Shown: positions 28,317 through 42,361, numbered from the stretch's first letter. The stretch: 64,000 bases of DNA from Eledone cirrhosa (GCA_964016885.1 OZ024743.1:97526001-97590000); one strand, 5' to 3'. Numbers and translations: made by a program. Notes: a model not told the origin generated them from the letters alone.

Positions 28317-28426
28317 TGAACACACTAAAGAGACTGTATATATATATATATATATATATATATTCTGAACACACTAAAGAGACTGTATATATATATATAT
28401 ATATTCTGAACACACTAAAGAGACTG
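28056..28426. repeat. Nine copies of a 23-bp core TTCTGAACACACTAAAGAGACTG separated by variable (TA)n
   Basis: Counted directly. Confidence 0.95.
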
Positions 28427-28539
28427 TATATATATATATATATATAGTAATAATAATAAATGTCAAGACTCAAATCCGAAGAGGGCTCGATAAGGATAAT
28501 ATATATATCAAATATATAAAAACCATAGAGCAAATATTT

Positions 28540-28674
28540 ATTAAAATAACATATTAAATTTCAAGCAAAGAATCGCTGCTTTCACCATTAACGGGATTTT
28601 CTGAAACAATCAGAAGATCCCGTTAAAGGTGAAAGCAGCGATTCTTTGCTTAAACTCTAATCTGTTATTTTAAT
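28540..28674. repeat. Imperfect hairpin (about 65-bp arms, 5-nt loop) ending in (TA)n
   Basis: aagcaaagaatcgctgctttcacc..aacgggat / atcccgtt..ggtgaaagcagcgattctttgctt. Confidence 0.85.
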
Positions 28675-30439
28675 ATATATGTAGAGATATATTAGTTTTT
28701 GCATAGACGAATCAACAATACGTCGTTCAAGAATCAAAATAAATTGAACGTTCGTCAAGACTATCTCTCGTCTATTTCTCCAACTGGTTCTTTCCTTCCT
28801 TATCTCCTAACTGCATAAATATTATTTCAACTAACGATGTTTTGGAACACATTACTCTAAAATATATCAACAACAAAGACATTTAAATCGATTACTTTAG
28901 CGAACTCGATTATATACCCTGTTGCGGTATCGTAGCCAACACAATATATTTGACTACTAGATAGTGGTACACAAAACTATGCACCTTTTACAATCATTCG
29001 TCGTTACTATTGATTCTACAAATGTCGTCTCTTACTAAAACGATAGACTAATTAAGTGACAAATTTCGTACGGGGATTTATTTGACGCGTAATTTTCTAA
29101 AATCGTGATTTCCTTAGACGTGTTAGAATTATAAAGGAAGCTACTTTTTTTGTTTGTTTTTCTTTTAATACACGACAATCAAATTAATTTTCAGGAGATA
29201 TTTCTCAACTCTTGTAGCATAATTTAGGAATTTGAAAATGAAAGCCAATACGTGTGATTATTATGTGACACAAACATAGCTTTAAGTTATTATCAAATCA
29301 AATAGAGTACAAAGGAGAAGTATACAAGATACATAGTTTAAGACAATTTCAAGATTATTGCTTTACAGTGAACAGATGTCTTTTGTTTCAAATACATGCG
29401 ACACAAAAATAGGTTTCAAATGTTGCTATAATTAAGTGGCAATTATCAAAACAAAAATCATAATGGGTTATAATTAAAGCACAAAGCAGTAATTCCGGGT
29501 AGGGAAAATGCTTCGAACCAGCCTAGGTACTTTACGTGTACTTGGTTTTATGGACCCCAGAAAAAGGAAAAAGCAAAGCGGTCTTCTACGAGAGTAGAAC
29601 TCAGAATATAAAGAGTCGGAACAAATACCGAAAGGTAATTTGTACCTCACTTTGCCATTATTATCAGTAGTAGTTGTATTACTATTATCATTGATTTCAG
29701 AAGTAGTAGTCATTTGCTACATAGGTTTTGTTGATTTTCACTTGCTTGCATAACATTCCACATTGAGGTTTTTGTTCTAAACTGTAAAGAAGCTGTGTAT
29801 ACATTGTTCTCTGAAAAGATGACTCCAATATATTCGGGTCTACAGCCCAGATATTGCAACTTTTAAGCACATTACTTCCAAAAAATCTAAAAACAAACGG
29901 AGAAGACACCATCCTCTATATTCGCAAATAAGTACAAAACTATTTAGACCTTGCAGACTATGAATCAGGATTTCAGCAAATGTCGAAAGATAAACAATAA
30001 TTACGTTACCGCCAACAATATCGCCAGCACCACTACAGAAACAACCAACTTGACCGCCTCCGATAACAACAACAACAGCAGCAACAGAACCAACAACAAA
30101 TACAACTCTACGTGGGCAATTTATTATATAAATTTCCAGCAATTAAAAATTCAGCATGATAGTCACAAACTGAAGAACTACAACACTACAACGAACGCTG
30201 CAACCACCACTACCACTATCACTCCCACCACTACTGCAACAACAAACATACAACAAGCAAAACAGAAATGTAACAGTAGTGCAGGCAACACTGACAACAC
30301 AAATAGGAAGAACAACAATATATTCGTAACAACGTCTACCAAAGGAACTGAACCTTTTAACAGGGAACTTTTAGAAAAGGACATGTTTAACACAAGCGGC
30401 CAAATTGTTCAAATTTGAGAAATTATGGGTAGACTTACT

Positions 30440-31930
30440 CATCACTCACACCAGATGCTGGTGTATGCACAGAAAAACTGTAATATATAGGTGCGTGTCC
30501 ACAAACACAAACCTGAGAATCAGACCAACGTAGAAATAGCACTGAAGAAGATAAGGCACGCTATACAATACATCGCGAATACCAAGTACTTTGTGGGCAT
30601 TTCAGAGCTCATTACGGAACCTCTCTATGATACGTGTCGGAACGACAAGTATGTTTCCTACCCTTTTTTAATTGGAGGTACGACGGTAAGGGTCAAGTTT
30701 TCTGAGATATCACCAGAGATACATATCTGGTAGTTATTGGACTGCTTCGTCTTAGAAAGAAGAATCATCTTCCTGGGGGTCAAACTAACGTGCTCTGTAG
30801 TAAGTGTGGAGGTCATACGCCACATCAAAGCAAATAGCATCCACAGAATCCCTGACCTCTATTCGTTTTCCGGTAGGAGTGGAGTTGTTTATTATGCTTG
30901 AGAGCAGAAAGCTTCGTTGTCATCTGTGTTGGAAAAATAGCCACCTGAGAGCGTTCTGCCCTCAACTGAAGTGAGGGAACCACAGGACCCGAAAAGCCAC
31001 ACCAACAGCGACTCCAACTTCGGTAACAACAGCAACATCAACAAGGACACCAACAAAAGCAGCAGAAGTGTCACCACCACAAATAACAAGAAGAAACAAA
31101 AACAGACATTAAAATCATCCAGGGGTCCTGCAAACGATACTTTACCTCTTAATTTCCCTCTCCTTTATCTTTCCGTCTTCTCTAAACAAAGACACACATA
31201 TAGACACTGACAAACACACACACACTCCCACCCACGAGATAGATTCCACAGGCAGCGGTACTTCCACATCTCAAAGTGAAGTTGACGGAGTCCCCCTTCC
31301 CCGATAATTTAGAATAAAAAGAAAACACACACACCAAGCTTTGTGCCAGTGAGAATGGCTAACGAAGAGTTGATGAGACAAATAGAACCAAGTTAAGATA
31401 TTAAGAGAGACGGGAGATTTCCGGCACCAGACACTTTTAAAGTGAAAAAACAAATCTAAGGACAGTGCACACGTCTTTTGAGACTTACAAAATTTCGGAC
31501 ACCGTAACGAGCAGGGTGGCCATTCTCACCGAGTAATGTGACGAGAAGAAGCTATTCCTGGAAGGTCGTGCGATGGTGAACGCGTATATCGTGTCCGTTA
31601 TTACCACCTGACCGTTGTGCCTTTCTCTGGTACAAACCTCACCAAATTGGAGCACTCGTTCTTCAACTTTTTGTGGAAGGGACAGGTTCCACTGGTAATG
31701 CATCTGCAGACAATAACTTTTGCCCCAAGGGCTGGGCATAATGTGGCAGATAATATGCAGACATGTGACGATGCTACGCCATCTCTAGATTCCTAGCCGG
31801 TGAACAGGTGTAGCCGTCCTCTGTCAGATGTCATTCCTCAGCTTATCTCTTTGACTGACATGCAGTTGTGTGTGAAAAGAAAACCGAGATTTGGCGCTTG
31901 ATATCTGGATTGTTGTCAAGTACTTACAGC
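30440..31930 (+). mobile_element. Degenerate Tx1/L1-clade LINE fragments
   Basis: 31500-31800 gives 'KKLFLEGRAMV.NAYIVSVI..LTVVP...LTKLEHSFFNFLWKGQVPLV...GLG', the post-RT region of L1/Tx1 ORF2. The upstream part is only tentatively ORF1-like. Confidence 0.65.
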
Positions 31931-31944
31931 TGTCTACCAGTTGG

Positions 31945-32165
31945 CTGTTGGATTGACAATATCCGTAGAGAGTCGGACACCATGCTTCTCAGCATAGAGA
32001 TACGTCACTTTAGGTTCTGAGTTCAAATCCCGCTGAGGTTAGCTTTCCCTTTCATCCGTACGAGGTCGATAAATAAAGCACCAGTAATGTACTGGGTCAA
32101 TTTAATTGACTTCCCCTTTCCCTTCCCATTGCATGCCTTGTACCTAAATCCGAATCCATTATTAT
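31945..32165 (+). mobile_element. Octopus-type SINE
   Basis: gttctgagttcaaatcccgctgaggttagctttccctttcatcc...gtcgataaataaagcaccagt. Confidence 0.85.
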
Positions 32166-34415
32166 TATTATTGTTAGTAGTAGTAGTAGTAGTAGTAGTA
32201 GTAGCAACTGCTGTTGTCATTGAAGTTGGTAATATTGTTGTACTGTTGCTGCCACTGTTTGTTTTCTTGTTCAGATTTGCCTCCATTTCATTCGGCATTC
32301 TTTAATGGTTTTCAAGTGTAATTTTTATCCTGAATTTCATTTTAGACGCGGGCATATATTGATTTATTTGGAATATAACGCCATACCAGCGTATGGCAAA
32401 TAAGATCTTTAGTTATGTAACAATTCCACCTTTTCCTTATAGTGCAAAACTTCAGATTAAATATGCCCACCATCACAGGGGGAACCATCGCGAATATTCA
32501 AGAAAGAATAGTATATAATATAACTAAAAACCGCTCCCAAACAAAAATAAAAACCAAATGCGAAAACAAATGATATTGAACATACAGAACGCCTAACTGT
32601 AGAACATATAACAAGATAACATGTTAGCAATATCAAATGTTATTATAGTCAACATATCATGACAACCATAGTGGCGTTCGCACAATCACACATGATTTGC
32701 CTGACGAAATCTTTTCGAATGTAAGTCATCCAATTTTTTACAAGAGCCCCTGCAAATAAGAGATCTCAACGTGAATCATTTTACGAAGAAGTCAAAACCA
32801 TAACAATTATGTGAAGAAAACGGGATTTACCGTCAGAAGTTATTAACCAGCCACATGCGAAAAGCAATATAACATACATGTAGCTTGCTAATGACACGGG
32901 GGTTTAGCTTGAAGCAATTCAAAACAGTCATGGAGACAGATGGAACCCAAACACATTTGTTGAGAGCGATATGGATATTGGACGATATGCCTTACCTTTC
33001 AAACCAAGGGTGAATGTGCAAATCTAGATAGTGTCAGGCACAATTGTTCATACCAGGGTCCCACAATATTTGAGACAACGTCGTCTACTGGTTCATGCTA
33101 ACATTTGAGATACTCAGCCCCGATGTAACTTCCGCTGGGATCACCATTGACATAAAAGTCCTCATGACCTCGTGGCCTCACAAGCTCACAAAACCTCCCA
33201 GCACCATGCTCCGTATTGGGTGTCACTTAAGACTAATCGTTCAGATCAGATGTAGCATATTAGTAACAGTTACTTAAGGGCTTTCTGCTAAGTATATTTG
33301 AAAGGAGAATAACAATATGAACAACTGTAAAACATGGTAGCAGCCTCAGGTAAGGGAGGAGCAATTGCTGCAACTCTGGAGACGTCAAAAGAACTTGCCT
33401 CCTATTCATTCCCATGAGTTAACAAGGAGTTTTAGGCAGTCACTCAGCTCTAACTGGTAGTGACTTTCCACAGCAGATGGAGATGTAGTAACACACCACA
33501 CCAACAACAGAAATCGATGACACCAACACCATTAATTTTTTAACGACTGAAGACAGTTGCATACGATTACATTTACACATAAAAATTAGTAAAATCTTGC
33601 AAAGTCAAGCTAGTTATATAGAACAAAAAGGAAGTGCAAGGAGGTGACATATTAAATATGGAAACAAACTTTGGTATTTATGTAAAATATACATATAATA
33701 ATTTTGGATATTTAAAATAGTAACAATATTTAGTCTTAAAAGGACAGCTCACTTATATATAGTTGAGAAAGCGTTGCCTGCATTAACTAAAGCACCTTAC
33801 ATTCCTGATTACACAGTCTCTTTAATCAGTATTTGTAGTGCACAATGTTAGGAAGGTCACAACCTTTAATCGGGACTACTTAAAATAAGGTCAAATGTCC
33901 TGTATATCATAATTATGGTATGAGACCATTTTATTGTTCACCAATCCATTCTGTGATTTCTATCGTATCTATTTATTTTATTATGTATTTGTTTCTCGTT
34001 TGCACAGTCGTGGTGCATGTGATATGACTTCTGAATCAGTTTTTTTCTATTGGCCTTACAAAGGTCTGTGAACTTTTACGAAAAAAAGTGGATTCCTTCT
34101 CATGGGTAATGGACGCCTCATATTTCAGGTAACGGCCTTTGGAATGTTTGATGAAAGGGGTTGTTTTTTTCTTTTTCAGCGAAGGCCTACCGATTCATTT
34201 AGGCCTTCGGTTAGCTTCCATCCCCAACAGTGCTTGCCGTAATACTGCTCTAAACGAGACTTCGGTACTTTTCGCCGTTGTCATTGCTGTCCTTAAATAA
34301 CATGTACTACCACGTGTGTAGCAGCTTTTTTACGTCTTATTTTGCTGTTATGTAATATGTTGGGAGGGGGGGGGATTACTCGTGTGACATAACGCCATTA
34401 TTAACTTGAACTGGG

Positions 34416-34608
34416 GGCGGGGGATTGGCAATATCGGTAGAAGGTCGGATGCCATGCCTTGAAGCATAGAGTTACCTCCCTTTATGATCTGAGTTAAAAT
34501 CCCACCGAAGTTAACTTTGCCTTTCATCCTTACGGGGTCGATAAAATAAAGTACCAGTAATACGCTGGGATAATTGCTGGCCTTGTGACAGAAGTAGAAA
34601 CAATTATT
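34416..34608 (+). mobile_element. Octopus-type SINE, full length
   Basis: ggcgggggattggcaatatcggtag ... gctggccttgtgacagaagtagaaacaatta. Confidence 0.9.
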
Positions 34609-34934
34609 AACTTGATATTTACAATGAGCCAAAGAATGGAATAATTTGAAACGAAAAGCTTGTTGTTTCTTTAACATACCTTAATTAGAGGTTGACTTCC
34701 ACACAGTTCAATAACATTTTGTCTGTTAAATAAGATGCAAAGTGAAAATAAATTAATCTGTTGTACTTAAAATTCATCGAGAAATCTGCGAGGTAGTTCA
34801 GTGAGGTTTGCATGGCCAAATTCTAATAACAACAGCAAGAGGAGAACCGACAACATCAATAGCAACGACAATAATAACAAATACAAGTAAACAACACCAA
34901 TACCAATAACAACATCATCAACAACTACAACATC

Positions 34935-34989
<55 letters not shown>

Positions 34990-34992
<3 letters not shown>

Positions 34993-35347
34993 TTGAGCAA
35001 GTATAAGGACCTGGAGATAGAAATTGGAAAAATGTGGAAATTGAGAACTAAAACAATACCAGTGGTTGTAGGCGCTCTGGGAATGATACCTAAGGGGTCT
35101 AATGATTACATATCGCAAATCCCAGGAAACCCGCGTATAGGAGAAATACAAAAGATAGTACTAATGGGAACTGCCCATATACTATGGAAGATTCTGTCAA
35201 TATAAGTACATCACAAGTCTAAACACTAAAGATGCATGTGTGAATATGTATGTTCTTATTTGAACATGGCGGACCTTGTTGTCTCTTGAAGTCAGTGGTT
35301 GTGACTTGGTGATAACTCGTATGAACATAAAGCAAGATAAATGCAAC

Positions 35348-35349
<2 letters not shown>
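34990..35349 (+). mobile_element. R4/Dong family A, severely 5'-truncated copy
   Basis: 'KYKDLEIEIGKMWKLRTKTIPVVVGALG' plus a 3' UTR nearly identical to 41690-42050. (TAA)n on both sides. Confidence 0.92.
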
Positions 35350-35383
<34 letters not shown>

Positions 35384-35396
35384 CATAATAATAATA

Positions 35397-37182
35397 AGTA
35401 TGCCGAAAGAAGTCCCGTGGTACAAAAGACCAGTTACTTATTGATAAGATGGTAATGAGCAATTGCAAGAGGAGACACACTGGTCTTGCCATGGGATGGA
35501 TAGATTAAAAAAAGTCATTCGACATGGTACCTCATTCTTGGATAACCAAAAGCCTAGAGATCTTCAAGGTAGCAGATAGCATCAGACAGTTGTTGAGCAA
35601 AAGTATGAAGTCCTGGGAAACAGAGTTAACATCGGGTGGAGAATCCTTGGGAGGCGTGAAGATCAAGAGAGGTATCTTCCAGGGAGATAGTTTGTCCCTT
35701 CTGTTGTTTGTCCTTGCCCTGATACCCCCGACCATTATACTGCGAAAAGTGAGAGCAGGATACAAGTTGGGAAAAGGAGAGCTTACCATCAACCACTTCC
35801 TCTTCATGGACAATCTTAAACTCTTTGGGAAGAGTGAGAAGGAGTTGGATGTACTTGTTGACACTCTCCGTATTTTCAGCAATGATATATGTATGCAATT
35901 TGGTATTAATAAGTGTGGAGTCCTTGTGATGAAGAGGGGTAAATTGAGCAGAAGCAACGGAATCCAAGTACCAACAAGAGAGATGATAAAGGAAATTGAC
36001 ACTGAAGAAGGATACAAGTATTTGGGTGTTCTGGAGGCTGATGACATCAAGAACAAAAAAATGAAGGAATTGATAAGATCTGAATACATTCGGAGAGTAA
36101 GGAGCGTATTAAAATCACATCTGAACAGTAGGAATGCCATAAGTGCAGAGAATTCCCGAGCTGTGTCTATTATTAGGTACAGTGCGGGAATTCTGAGATG
36201 GAATGTTGCTGAACAAAAAGAAATGGATAGGAAGACTAGGAAGCTATTGACTATCTACAACATGTTCCACAAAAGGAGTGATATTCAGATGAAGAAAAAC
36301 AACCTGCACAAATACGTGAGCGACAGTAGGGAGCCAATGCTCAGAATTGTACTGACGGAGAAGACAATAGACCAGGGGATGTTCAAGAAGGAAATAACAA
36401 CAAGGAGAAAGAGCAACCTTCATGAAAAATCCCTTCATAGTACCTTCTTTGAAAAAATTGAATTTAGTGATCCACAGACCCACAGACATGGAACTGGTTG
36501 AAAAGAGGAGACCTTAAAAAGGCTACAGAAGGAATGCTAATGGCTGTGGAGAGAGAGGAGACTGTGACTCACATTGTATCCGAGTGTAAACACCTAGCCC
36601 AGACTCACTATAAAGGCTGGAGACATGATGTGATGGGCAGAGTGATCCACTGGCACCTATGCAAAGTAAACAATTTACCACATTCTGAGAAGTGGTATGA
36701 GCATAAGCCAGAGTCGGTGATAGAAAACGATCGGGTGAAGGTGCTATGGGATTTTAGGATACAGACGGACGAGAAATTAGAACACAATAGACCTGACATG
36801 GTGGTTTTGGACAAGGGAAAAAGATCGTGGCTGGTTGTGGATGTAGCCTGCCCATTCGAGACGAGAGTGCAAGAAAAGGAGAGGAAGGAAATTAACCGAT
36901 ACCAGGACGTAAAGTGAGAGGTAAAAAGGATTTGGAACTGCCATGATGTCAAGGTAGTCCCGATTGTCATAGGCGCACTAGGTACTATCTCAAAGAGTTT
37001 CCAAGGATGGTTAAAGAAGATTAGTCCAGCCCCGCTTTTTGGAACACTTCAAAAGGCATGCTTGCTGGGAACAGCAAGAACCCTCCGATACGTCCTGAAT
37101 ATCTTAGGCTGCAGGTAGTGGCTTGATATACATTTCAACAAACTTTTCAGTTAACTAACATCAATGACTAAGACTCAAAGAG
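35397..37182 (+). mobile_element. R4/Dong family B, 5'-truncated (RT and RLE endonuclease, decayed)
   Basis: GIFQGDSLS, FMDNLKLF (catalytic D to N), YKYLG, ETVTHIVSEC, HNRPDMVV..D, PIVIGALG. Bounded by (TAA)n. Has internal deletions relative to the 63-kb copy. Confidence 0.92.
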
Positions 37183-37189
37183 TAATAAC

Positions 37190-37231
<42 letters not shown>

Positions 37232-38147
37232 TAACATATTTAAAACAATTGTGATATAACAATTCTTAGTACAAATGATACATACAGCACCCGACTCAAC
37301 TCTCAGTAAATTCGGATCCATAATATCCTGTTATATCGCTCAAATATTCAATTTTGTATTATACATTTTATATTCAAAAAAGAAAATGGTTATAAATGGA
37401 AGAAAAAAAACCCTCTGTCTACACTATATAGAACAGCCAAATAACAGCAATTTCACCAACACCACAAACTAGATACACCACCTATCCCATCACCCCTCTG
37501 TGTACACTAAATACAACAGCCAGATAACGGCAATTTCACCACCACCACCAATCCCAGCATAATAATAATAATTACTATTATTATTGTCTCAGATTTTCAC
37601 AAAATGTTTAATTCCAATATTAAGAAAATATGTCAACACATATATAAAACATACGCGTCAAACCGCAATGATACACAGATCAAACAAACTACAGTCTATT
37701 CAACAAAACTCGGTAACGACAACGCCATCACTATAGTCACCGCCGCCACCACTCCATCCATCATTGCTACCACTATCCCATCACCGCCGCCACCACTCCT
37801 TCATTGCTACCACCACTATTCCCCCATTACCTTCTGTTAACTTAAGAAAGGGGAAGGTGGCGGTATCACTAGACAAGAGAGAGGCTAGCAAAATATATAA
37901 ATAGATTGACTTAGTGTCCCGGCCACCGGCCAAACGTCAACGAATATGGCACTGCTGGCTCCCCCTTCCCCACCAACAATAGAAAAATCCCCAGCAGCAC
38001 CAACGACATAGCCAACCACAATAACAGGCAACTTCAACACAAAGTATATTATATTATTAATAATAATTTCATTCTTAAGCCACGCAATGCTCACATTAAG
38101 GAACCACTCATGAGAATAACAATTTAATAAAACAACAAAAAAGAAAA

Positions 38148-41100
38148 CCTCGTGACCAAGAAATACCGGGATGGCGGCCGGCGAGGAATAGCCGTGTCTC
38201 TAGGGAAGGACGACCCCTCTAGTCTTGGTTGACACTCGTCCTAGAAGTGGTAACACGAAATGATTACCCCTTGGCGGATAAGGATAAAACGCGACAAAAT
38301 AAAGTAAATGTCAAATGATAAAATCTCATACCGGATCGGCCGTCACCCGGGTCAAAAAGGGCCGCGTCCCTCAGAGAGGAACCAGACTGGGGTCGAAAAA
38401 TCAGCTAATGGTTCAAACCTTCCCATCACTACGGAGCTGGAGACCTCCCATAACCGGAATACTCCTACTGTTGGCCCTCCATGCTCATCACCAAGAAATC
38501 CAAAGAAAAAAAGAGAAAAATGGTCAAAGGAAGATAATAAAGAAGTCCTTGAGGCCTTCTACACTGCTATGTACTACCTACCCATCAAATAGATCGAATA
38601 CAGAACAGACATATATTAACTGAAAAAAGAAACATCCCGAAAACAGAGGCTATATTGACAGTAACAAACTAGCCAATATACGAAGAAATATTGTAAAATA
38701 AAGTTACTAACTGATATAGAAATTGATCAGATCAAGCTATCAGCACAAAGTCAGCGAAGGGAAAATGAAACATGTGTCAGTGAAAACGAGGTAAATTGTA
38801 ACACTTCGAATCCCATGGTTGGGGTGGAATCACTGACAACAGAACAAATTAAAGAAAGGATCGAAAAAGTGGAGGGACTGCATGCTAACTATGAAACTCA
38901 AAATGAAAACAATGAGATCGTAAATGATAAAGAAATGAATGAGAATGAACTTGCCAACTTGAAGGATGAAATTATGATCGAATGGATGAAAATGAAAGAA
39001 TCTGACATGGGGGAACGAGACACTCTCCCTAAGATCCAGAACTCCAAACAGAACCAAAAGATAATACACAAGACTAACATAATTCTCAAAAACATTATCA
39101 TCACAAACAAACTAAACATTACTGATTTAAATCATCGTTATTATGCATCGGCTAAAGTCACCACTGACTTATGTGGAGTGAAAATGCAAAAACAAAGGAA
39201 TTCCCACAAGAAATCTACTTGGCAAGAAAACATCAATCGCCAAATAAACCTTCTCCGATCTGACATAGAAATTTTGACAAACTATAAGGTAGGTGAACAT
39301 GTTAAACAAACTAAACTTAGAAAATTGAAAAGAAAGTACAGTATAAAATCAACAAGTGACATAGACATGCTGATAGAAATAATCAAGCAAACAGTGTCGG
39401 CCAAAGCTGCTCGTATAAGGCGCTTTGAAAAACGATCTAGATTCTATAAGGACAATATGTTTAAAAACAACCAAAGAAACTTCTACAGAAAAATTGGTAA
39501 GTCAACAATAACTGCCAAATCAATACCACCCAAGGAGGAAGTTCAAGAATTCTGGGAAATGATCTGGGCCAAAGAGAAAGTTCATAATATACATGCCCCA
39601 TGGATAGACAGACAAATGAAAGATACAGCTCACCTTGTAGAACAAATATGGGAAAATATAACAGTTGAACAGTTGCGTTTGGCTCTTAGAAAAACCAGCA
39701 AATGCAAATCCCCAGAAAAAGACAAAATACAAAAGTTTTGGATAAATGCCTTCACAGAGTCTCATGAGCTGTTAGCCCAACTTTACAATGAAATAGTTAA
39801 GGAGCCAGAAAAGATACCATCATGGCTAATTAACGGCATTACATTCCTGCTTCCGTAGAATGATGAGACAAACAATCCCAAAAATTACAGACCGATAACT
39901 TCCTTGACCACAATGTATAAAATTTTAACATCAGTCCTAACTGAATATACATATGACCACCTGATAACAAATGACCTATTTCCCAATGAGCAGAAAGGGT
40001 GTAAACGAGGCTCATATGGCTGTAAAGATCAGCTTTTAGTTAACAAAATGATACTGGAAGATTGATATAATAGACACAAAAATCTATCAAATGCTTGGAT
40101 AGATTATAAAAAAGCATTCGATAGTTTGCCACACAGTTGGATTGAAAAATGTTTAGAGATTTTCAAAATATCTCCCGTTGTCAGGAGGTTTTTGTCATTC
40201 AGTATGAAGACATGGAAAACGACACTCCTTTTGAATAGTGAAACAAAATCACTGGAAGCTGGAGAAGGTAATATTAATTGTGGAATTTTTCAGGGTGACT
40301 CTTTATCACCGCTTTTATTCTGCATCGCACTTATACCATTAAGTAAAATGCTCAATGAAACAAAACATAGATATAAAGTCTATGACAAAACCATTAATCA
40401 CTTGTTCTACATGGATGACCTGAAACTATTTGCAAAAAATGATGAACAATTGCAAGGGCTATTATCCACTGTGGAGCAGTTCAATGATGACATTAAAATG
40501 GAGTTTGGACTAGATAAATGCGCCAAAGCAACGTTCACCATAGGAAAGCTGCTGAAAAGTTCAGACATTAATCTTGATCGAGGGAATGTGATAAGAGAAC
40601 TTGATCAAGAGCAAACTTACAAATATCTGGGTGTTTGTGAAGGAGACGGAATCAAGCACTCGACAATAAGGGAAAGGGTAAGGAAGGAATGTTACCGCAG
40701 AGTAAGAGCAATCTTAAGAACGGAATTGAATGCAAGGAATAGGATCGATGCCATAAACACGCTTGCCATACCAGTAGTAACCTACAGTTACAATGTCATC
40801 AACTCGTCAAGCACAGAGATCCGTAGGCTCGATACAAAAATTCGAAAATTCTTAACCATGCGCAGAATGCATCACCCTAAGGCAGATACAGATAGAATAT
40901 ATCTCCCTAGGAAATAAGGAGGACATTGCGTTGAAAACTGCAACAATTGGATTATCTACATATCTAAGGGAATCACATGACAGGATGATCAAACTCGTTT
41001 TGAAACACGAAAGCATCAAAAGAACATACTCCATTACAAAAGATGCACAAAGATACAATAATGGACTACAAATTTCAGAAGTCCCATTTACTGCTGAAAT

Positions 41101-42050
41101 GGAAAACACAGAAAAAGCAAAGCAGGTAAAAGTAACTGCAAAGAAAGAACTGCTACAGAAACTGGCTAAGAAATGGTAAGAAAAGCCTCTGATGTTGACA
41201 AAACTTTAACCCATCAGTGGTTGGCATCCTCTGGACTGAAATCGGAAACTAAAGGACTGATTATATCAGCACAAGATCAGAGTCTGCCAACAAAAAATTA
41301 CCAACCCAACATAATAAAAAATGGATGCAGCCTATTATGCCGTGTATGTAAAAAACAACCAGAGACCATTGACTATATAATTTCAATGTGCAGTCCTATA
41401 GCTCCAACCGAATACCTAAACAGGCATGACAAAGCTGCACAATACATACATTGGATAATGTGTAAGCATTTTGACCTGCCCCATCAAAAGAATTGGTGGG
41501 AGCATCAACCACCTCCCATACTTGAAAAATATCACATCTCAATCTTGTGGAACTTTAGCATCCAAACAGACCGAAAAATAGATGCAAATAGACCTGATAT
41601 AATACTGAAGGACTTTCAAAAGAGGGTATGCCTGCTAATTGATATGTCCGTTCCAATAGACAAGAATGTATCTATAAAAACATTTGAAAAATTGAGCAAG
41701 TATAAGGACCTGGAGATAGACATTGGAAAAATGTGGAAATTGAGAACTAAAACAATACCAGTGGTTGTAGGCGCTCTAGGAATGATACCTAAGGGGTCTA
41801 ATGATTATTTATCGCAAATCCCAGGAAACCCGCGTATAGGAGAAATACAAAAGATAGTACTAATGGGAACTGCCCATATACTATGGAAGATTCTGTCAAT
41901 ATAAGTACATCACAAGTCTAAACACCTAAAGATGCATGTGTGTGTATGTATGTTCTTTCTTGAACATGGCGGACCTTGTTGTCTCTTGAGGTCACTGGTT
42001 GTGACTTGGTGATAACTCGTATGAACATAAAGCAAGATAAATGCAGCTGT
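38148..42050 (+). mobile_element. R4/Dong family A, near-full-length non-LTR retrotransposon
   Basis: One interrupted ORF from 38308 to 41904: N-terminal KWSKEDN motif, RT (NYRPIT, QKG, WIDYKKAFDS, GIFQGDSLSPLLF, YMDDLKLF), CRVC..ET knuckle, NRPD..D..K..KY restriction-like endonuclease. Ends in taataataa. Confidence 0.95.
38308..41904 (+). pseudogene. Disrupted RT-RLE polyprotein of the Dong element (about 1200 codons)
   Basis: ORF pieces at 38308, 38815, 40126 and 41173 share a frame and are separated by premature stops. The 40931 piece is frameshifted. Confidence 0.9.
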
Positions 42051-42065
42051 AATAATAAGGGGGGG

Positions 42066-42302
42066 GGGGGTAAATTGAGCAGAAGCAACGGAATCCGGGT
42101 ACCAACAGGTGAGATGAAGAAGGATACAAGTATTTGGGTGTTCTGGAGGCTGATGACATCAAGAACAAAAAGATGAAGGAATTGATTAGATCTGAATCCA
42201 TTCGGAGAGTAAGGAGCGTATTAAAGTCACATCTGAACAGTAGGAATGCCATAAGTGCAGTAAATTCCTGAGCTATGTCTATTATTAGGTACAGTGCGGG
42301 AA
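42066..42302 (+). mobile_element. R4/Dong family B internal fragment
   Basis: Matches 35937-36190, from gggtaaattgagcagaagc to attaggtacagtgcgggaa. Confidence 0.88.
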
Positions 42303-42361
42303 CAAAAAAACAAAAATATAATAATAATGATTTATTTATTTATTTATGTATTTTAATAATA

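Noticed and set aside
28056-28426. CRISPR-like array (constant repeat with variable spacers)
   Set aside because: Spacers are only (TA)n, there are no cas genes, and the context is eukaryotic.
29951-30418. 155-aa Asn/Thr-rich ORF
   Set aside because: Low-complexity AAC/ACC-rich sequence with no recognisable domain.
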